This document shows, piece by piece, positions 36,054 to 40,894 of a stretch of 40,894 nucleotides of DNA. The position numbers and the translations under genes were made by a program. The DNA is from Candidatus Zixiibacteriota bacterium. Its GTDB lineage: Bacteria > Zixibacteria > MSB-5A5 > CAIYYT01. Positions within the stretch are counted from its first letter, which is position 1; every line of letters starts with the position of its first letter. Under the pieces are notes generated by a model. The model did not search any database. It was not told the DNA's origin and saw only the letters and a program-made list of their open reading frames with translations. Location: assembly GCA_040235515.1 (NCBI GenBank), contig JBECKX010000016.1, forward strand, positions 1 to 40,894. The letters are read 5' to 3'.

Positions 36054-36788
36054 TTAGCGCGAAAGGGGTACTCCTGCAAGAATGATATTCTCGCCGGTGA
36101 GTGGTGCCGACTCGGGCGAGGCGAGATAGACGACGTGGCGGGCGGCATCTTCGATCGTCAGCGGTGCCCTGGCATCGGCGCCGACCGCGTAGCGGAACAT
36201 ATCGGTATCGACCCCGGCGAAGGAGACTTGATTGACACGGATCGAGTCTTGAGCGAGTTCGAGCGCGAGGATTTCGGTGAGGCCCCAGATGCTGTATTTG
36301 CTGATGTTGTAAGCGCCGAGGCCCTTGAATTTGGGAACGCCGACGCAGCCGGAGAGTGAGGAGATATTGACGATCGTCCCGGAGTTCCGTTTCAGATACG
36401 GGATTGCCAGCTGGCACAATTGCAGCGGCGCGATCACGTTTACCTGCATCATCAGCTCGAAGTCAGGCAGCGGGTAGTCAGCCATCTGGTTCTTGATCAG
36501 GATCGCGGCATTGTTCACCAGACAATCGATCGCGAGATTCCGGTCGGCGATGCTGCGGAAGAAATGGTCGATCGATTCACGCTCGGAGAGGTCGACGGTA
36601 GCGGAGAAGACGTTTGCGCCGGATTCACGGCACGCGGAAGCGGTTGTGGCGAGTGCATCGCCGTTGCGGGCGCAGATGATCAGATCAGCGCCTCGGGCGG
36701 CGAATTCCCTGGCGATCTGGGCACCGATCCCGCGACTGGCGCCGGTTACGAGTGCGGTTTTTCCCGCGAGTGGGTTGCTGACAGTCAT
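36054..36788 (-). CDS. Short-chain dehydrogenase/reductase
   Basis: TGASRGIG, LVNNAA, NISS and YNISK; GGAGGTG RBS before ATG 36788. Confidence 0.92.
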   Translation of the reverse strand: MTVSNPLAGKTALVTGASRGIGAQIAREFAARGADLIICARNGDALATTASACRESGANVFSATVDLSERESIDHFFRSIADRNLAIDCLVNNAAILIKNQMADYPLPDFELMMQVNVIAPLQLCQLAIPYLKRNSGTIVNISSLSGCVGVPKFKGLGAYNISKYSIWGLTEILALELAQDSIRVNQVSFAGVDTDMFRYAVGADARAPLTIEDAARHVVYLASPESAPLTGENIILAGVPLSR

Positions 36789-37203
36789 ACTGGCTTCACC
36801 TCCGCAGCGTGACAGGTGTTCAGATAAGAGCACTGCTCTACGCAGAATAGTTTCTAGTTCTTACGAAACAAGCTAAAGCGATGCGGGTTATCTGACGTAG
36901 ATTCTTTCTAGTTGTACTGGATTCGGCGCGGTTCGTGCGCGAATCGTCCGCATTTACAGCGCGAACCGACAATGAATATCAATTACGGCTATTGACAGGC
37001 AAGGGCAAAGATGATTACTTCAGCCGACCGGAGTGAATTGTAAGAGAATTCCACGTTAGCGCGAATTCAACGCTGCTCGCGGCGCCTGCATAGAGAGCAT
37101 TCGAACGCGCCCTCCGCCTGACGACATCGCAGTAGGATTTAGTACCAGAAGATTCACACCGAATGAGTAGAAGATATTATTTCAGAGCCAGAGGATAGAT
37201 TCT

Positions 37204-38184
37204 ATGCCTGTTTATGAGACAATTCTTGATGCGATCGGCAACACGCCGATGGTGAAGCTCCGGCGAATGGTGCCGGAGGGTTGTGCGGATATCTACGCGA
37301 AGCTCGAGTTCCTGAACCCCGGTGGATCGATCAAGGACCGGATGGCGCGCTACATCATAGAGGATGCGGAGCGTTCCGGCAAGATGGCGGCGGGAACGAT
37401 CGTCGAGAACACGTCGGGCAATACCGGTGTGGGCGTGGCGATGACTGCCGCGGTGAAGGGCTACAAGGCGACATTCACGATTCCCGACAAGATGTCTGAT
37501 GAGAAGATCAATCTGCTGAAGGCGTATGGTGCCAAGGTTGTGGTGACCAAGACCAACGTTCCGGCTGACAGCCCCGAATCGTATTACGAGACGGCGAAGC
37601 GGATTCACAAGGAGACGCCGGGATCGTTCTACCTGAACCAGTACCACAACAAGAAGAATATCGAGGCTCACTATAACCTGACCGGTCCTGAAATCTGGAA
37701 GGATATGGATGGCAAGATTGACTACTTCGTTGCGGGAATCGGTACCGGCGGGACCCTGTCGGGTGCGGGACGTTTCCTGAAGGAACAGGATCCGAAGATC
37801 AAGATAATTGCGATCGACCCGGAGGGCTCCGTGTTTTACGACTACTTCAAGACCGGAAAGCCGGGAAAGCCTGAGCCGTACAAGGTCGAGGGTATCGGTG
37901 AGGATATGGTAGTACAGGCGATGGACTTTTCGATCGTGGATGAGATGTATCAAGTCACCGACCGCGAGTGTTTCCTGACGGCGCGGGAGTTGACCACCAA
38001 GGAGGGGATGTTCGCCGGTGGATCATCGGGGGCAGCGGTCTGGGGTGCACTGAAAGTCGCCAGGGAGATCGGGCCGGGCAAGCGCGTGGTAGCTGTGCTT
38101 CCCGACAGCGGGACACGCTATCTTTCGAAGATTTTCTCCGATGCGTGGATGCACGAGCATGGTTTCCTCGAAGAGCGGGGCTGA
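37204..38184 (+). CDS. PLP-dependent cystathionine beta-synthase / cysteine synthase family protein
   Basis: IGNTP, KLEFLNPGGSIKDR, ENTSGNTG, GIGTGGT, YKVEGIG and PDSG.RYLSKIFSD.W (CBS-like). Confidence 0.92.
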   Translation: MPVYETILDAIGNTPMVKLRRMVPEGCADIYAKLEFLNPGGSIKDRMARYIIEDAERSGKMAAGTIVENTSGNTGVGVAMTAAVKGYKATFTIPDKMSDEKINLLKAYGAKVVVTKTNVPADSPESYYETAKRIHKETPGSFYLNQYHNKKNIEAHYNLTGPEIWKDMDGKIDYFVAGIGTGGTLSGAGRFLKEQDPKIKIIAIDPEGSVFYDYFKTGKPGKPEPYKVEGIGEDMVVQAMDFSIVDEMYQVTDRECFLTARELTTKEGMFAGGSSGAAVWGALKVAREIGPGKRVVAVLPDSGTRYLSKIFSDAWMHEHGFLEERG

Positions 38185-38279
38185 TCAGGAATTGGAGATT
38201 GGCGCGGCAACGCGCCGCATTATGAGATTGGATTTCATTGACTCGCCGAAGAGGCAATCAGGAGTATTGGAGTACTAGA

Positions 38280-39473
38280 GTGAAGAACTACGATCCGAAG
38301 CAGCACAAGTTCGAGACGAACGCCATTCATGCCGGGCAGGCACCCGATCCGACGACAGGCGCCATCACATTTCCGATTTACCAGACCTCCACATACGTTC
38401 AGGAGGGAATCGGCGGGCACAAGGGGTTTGAGTACTCCCGCACGGCGAATCCGACCCGCAAGGCGCTGGAGGATTGCCTGGCTGCGCTCGAGGGTGGCGA
38501 GCACGGGCTTTGTTTCGCCTCCGGCATGGCGGCCATAGCGACCGCTATGATGTTACTGAAGGCGGGCGACCATGTGGTTTGTTCCGATGACCTGTATGGC
38601 GGAACGCCGAGGCTCTTCAACCAGATCTTCGCGAACTTCGGAATCGAGTACTCCTACGTTGATGCGACCCAGACGAGTGAGATCGAGGAAGCGATAACAG
38701 AAAAGACCAGGATGGTGTGGGTGGAGACTCCGACCAATCCGTTGCTCAAGGTGGTGGAACTGCGGGCGGTGTCGACATTGACGAAGCGTCACAACCTGAT
38801 CCTGGTGGTGGACAACACATTCGCGACCCCCTACCTGCAGCGTCCGCTCGACCTCGGTGCGGATATCGTCGTACATTCGATGACCAAGTACCTCGGCGGT
38901 CATGCTGATACGGTTGGCGGGGCGATTGTCACCTCGAATCCGATGTTCTACGAGCGGCTGAAGTTCTCGCAGAATTCCGCCGGTGCGATACTGGGACCGT
39001 TTGACGCGTGGTTGACGTTACGTGGCGTAAAAACCCTGGCGGTCAGGATGGAGCGTTGTTGCGACAACGCCGAGAATCTGGCCCGCTACCTTGCCGATCA
39101 TCCGAAGGTTACCAAAGTCATTTATCCGGGTTTGGAATCACATCCCCAGCATGAGATTTCGGCCAGGCAAATGCGTCGAAGTGGTGGAATGATCAGCATC
39201 GAGCTGGTGGGAGGCGAGGAATCGGCGCGCAAGATGCTGGCCGGGATACCGTTGTTCGCGGTAGCGGAATCGCTCGGTGGGGTTGAGTCGCTGATCCAGC
39301 ACCCGGCACAGATGACGCATGCCTCGGTGCCGAAGGAACGCCGTCAGGCGATCGGCATCACGGATGGACTGGTGCGGCTGTCGCTGGGGATTGAGGCGTA
39401 CGAGGATATCAAAGCGGCGATTGATGCCGGTCTGGCGCTGGTCGAGGCACCGCGTGAGGCGGTTCGGAAATAA
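38280..39473 (+). CDS. Cystathionine gamma-lyase/synthase (Cys/Met metabolism PLP enzyme)
   Basis: IYQTSTY, YSRTANPT, FASGMAA, ETPTNP, VDNTF, HSMTKYLGGH and AESLGGVESL; GTG start with GGAG RBS. Confidence 0.95.
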   Translation: MKNYDPKQHKFETNAIHAGQAPDPTTGAITFPIYQTSTYVQEGIGGHKGFEYSRTANPTRKALEDCLAALEGGEHGLCFASGMAAIATAMMLLKAGDHVVCSDDLYGGTPRLFNQIFANFGIEYSYVDATQTSEIEEAITEKTRMVWVETPTNPLLKVVELRAVSTLTKRHNLILVVDNTFATPYLQRPLDLGADIVVHSMTKYLGGHADTVGGAIVTSNPMFYERLKFSQNSAGAILGPFDAWLTLRGVKTLAVRMERCCDNAENLARYLADHPKVTKVIYPGLESHPQHEISARQMRRSGGMISIELVGGEESARKMLAGIPLFAVAESLGGVESLIQHPAQMTHASVPKERRQAIGITDGLVRLSLGIEAYEDIKAAIDAGLALVEAPREAVRK

Positions 39474-39597
39474 GTGCGCCGGTGCGAAGAAAAGTGACTC
39501 TGATCGTGAATCGAAGTGCGGGTTTGGCAATCTAACAGTTACCGCAAATCGAATTGCTTTACGATCCGGATCGCCGGGCAGCTTGAAAGGACAGATA

Positions 39598-40011
39598 ATG
39601 TACACGACACCATACACTGTGGGTATCGAACTCGAGATGGGGCTTGATGAGGCAAGGGGAATCATCGAGGCTGAGTTGAAGGAGGCCGGGTTCGGGGTTC
39701 TGACTGAGATTGATGTCAGGAAGACGATGCGGGAGAAGCTGGATGTGGAGTTTCGACCGTATGTGATCCTGGGCGCCTGCAACCCGCAGATTGCGCATCA
39801 GGCATTTCAGGAGGAGCTTGAGATTGGCGCACTACTTCCCTGCAATGTGATCCTCTATCAGAATGAGCGGGGCGGGACGAATGTGGCGATCATGGATCCG
39901 ATGGCGGCGTTGGGGCTGACCCGCAACAGCGGGTTGACCTCAAAGGCTGAGCAGGTCAAGCAGATGTTGGTGGGAACCCTGGAACGGGTTCAGAGCAAGG
40001 TGGCTCAGTAA
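39598..40011 (+). CDS. DUF302 domain protein
   Basis: GFGVLTEIDV..T...KL, Y.ILGACNP and IG.LLPCNV; AAAGGA RBS before ATG 39598. Confidence 0.9.
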   Translation: MYTTPYTVGIELEMGLDEARGIIEAELKEAGFGVLTEIDVRKTMREKLDVEFRPYVILGACNPQIAHQAFQEELEIGALLPCNVILYQNERGGTNVAIMDPMAALGLTRNSGLTSKAEQVKQMLVGTLERVQSKVAQ

Positions 40012-40059
40012 ACGGGTGTAGTTTACCGGGTTCGTATCCCAGAATAGCTAGCTTTTGAG

Positions 40060-40095
40060 GGCCGTAGCGTTAGACGCTGCGGCCTTTCTTGTTTC
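40060..40095 (+). terminator. Rho-independent terminator
   Basis: ggccgtagcgt-tag-acgctgcggcc followed by tttcttgttt. Confidence 0.8.
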
Positions 40096-40159
40096 AGGCT
40101 CGGATGGTGATTGTGCGGCATTTGGCATTGCTGCGTGCTTTGAACACGCGACTGGAGCA

Positions 40160-40186
40160 TCAAAGTTTGGTCAAATCTGCCGATTA
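40160..40186 (+). promoter_or_regulatory. Sigma28-like promoter TCAA-N15-GCCGATTA
   Basis: tcaa agtttggtcaaatct gccgatta, upstream of ATG 40258. Confidence 0.45.
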
Positions 40187-40257
40187 CAGGAGTAGAGAAC
40201 GTTGGGCAGAGATTGTAACTGTTGTCGAATCGATTGAGGCAGGTTAGTTCATTTTCT

Positions 40258-40894
40258 ATGAATGCTCTTGGCTTAGGTTGGTTACCTGCGCCTGTGAGAT
40301 CGCAAGTTAAGACGAGACTGAAAAGGCTGGCTGCAATTGTGCCTCCACGTTTGCGCTACAGCCGTGAGTTTTGGGAAACGTACGCTTTCTTGCAGGAATC
40401 ACAGGAGTGGGCAGGAGAACGTCTGGCTGAGTATCAGCTGGTGATGCTGCGCAGTCTGCTTCAACATGCGCAGGCCAATGTCCCCTACTACAGATCGCTG
40501 TTCAACGAGCACGGTATCAACCCGAGCGAGATAGCATCACTCGATGAATTCCGGAGAATTCCAACGCTCGACAAAAGTGTCGTGAGGAGCCATGCTTCCG
40601 AGTTTGTGGCGGAGAGTATCGGCCCGTCACGGAGGAAACTGGTCAGGACTTCGGGCACCAGCGGGCGCGCGCTGGCCATCTGGGAGGAGAAGTCGGTGGA
40701 TGAGCGGGAATGGGCTTTCATCTGCCATCAATGGTCACGGGTTGGGTATCAGCCGGGGGTGTATCGTGCGGAATTGCGTGCCAGCTTCGAATCGAAGCGT
40801 GGTTACCAGTGGGACAACTGGAACCGGGTCTTGCGGCTGCCACCAGATATTCATCGCACGCGGGAGATCGTCGGCTGGCTGGAGGATTCTGCGT
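40258..40894 (+). CDS. Phenylacetate-CoA ligase family / CapK-like adenylate-forming protein (3'-truncated by the window edge)
   Basis: My translation (absent from the ORF track): MNALGLG...FLQESQEW...YQL..LR.LL.HA..NVPYYR.LF...IPTLDK...RTSGTSG, open to the end of the window. Confidence 0.85.
   Translation, partial: MNALGLGWLPAPVRSQVKTRLKRLAAIVPPRLRYSREFWETYAFLQESQEWAGERLAEYQLVMLRSLLQHAQANVPYYRSLFNEHGINPSEIASLDEFRRIPTLDKSVVRSHASEFVAESIGPSRRKLVRTSGTSGRALAIWEEKSVDEREWAFICHQWSRVGYQPGVYRAELRASFESKRGYQWDNWNRVLRLPPDIHRTREIVGWLEDSA

Noticed and set aside
39319..39597. N-terminal extension of the DUF302 ORF in the ORF track
   Set aside because: It overlaps the gamma-lyase gene; the domain and RBS support ATG 39598.
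1..40894. Mobile elements, prophage, defence systems and selenoprotein read-through
   Set aside because: No transposase, integrase, phage, RT or nuclease motifs seen, and no gene appears split at an in-frame TGA.

Overview
This is a gene-dense, GC-rich bacterial chromosomal segment with about 28 CDS. I found no rRNA, tRNA, CRISPR array or mobile element. Two secreted proteins carry a Cys-flanked dockerin-like tail (CGDADxSxxxSIxDAVxxxxxIFGGGPAPC), which suggests Zixibacteria or a related FCB-group lineage (inference). In order, the window holds: a CNNM/CorC protein; an M16 peptidase pair; a beta-barrel-fused SppA; a DUF4097-like protein and TrmH; a patatin-POTRA-Omp85 (PlpD-like) protein; TfoX and YfiT/BstA; a two-gene operon of a five-heme periplasmic cytochrome c and a Cyc2-like cytochrome-porin; EamA; a DUF2723 GT-C protein; a DUF4159/DUF4175/TPR cluster; an SmtB/CadC repressor with its operator and a P1B ATPase; two dockerin-tailed secreted proteins flanking an alanine/glycine symporter; an SDR-PTPS-SDR operon; a CBS/CGL pair; DUF302; and a truncated CapK/PaaK-like ligase. 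The best candidates for new biology are the pentaheme + Cyc2-like outer-membrane electron conduit, the barrel-SppA fusion, an 11-bp repeat forming a relay of stop/start-coupled mini-ORFs, the type II PTPS flanked by SDRs (possible biopterin pathway), the dockerin-like tails and a hairpin-rich 390-bp convergent intergenic region. All family calls come from motifs read by eye; no database searches were run.
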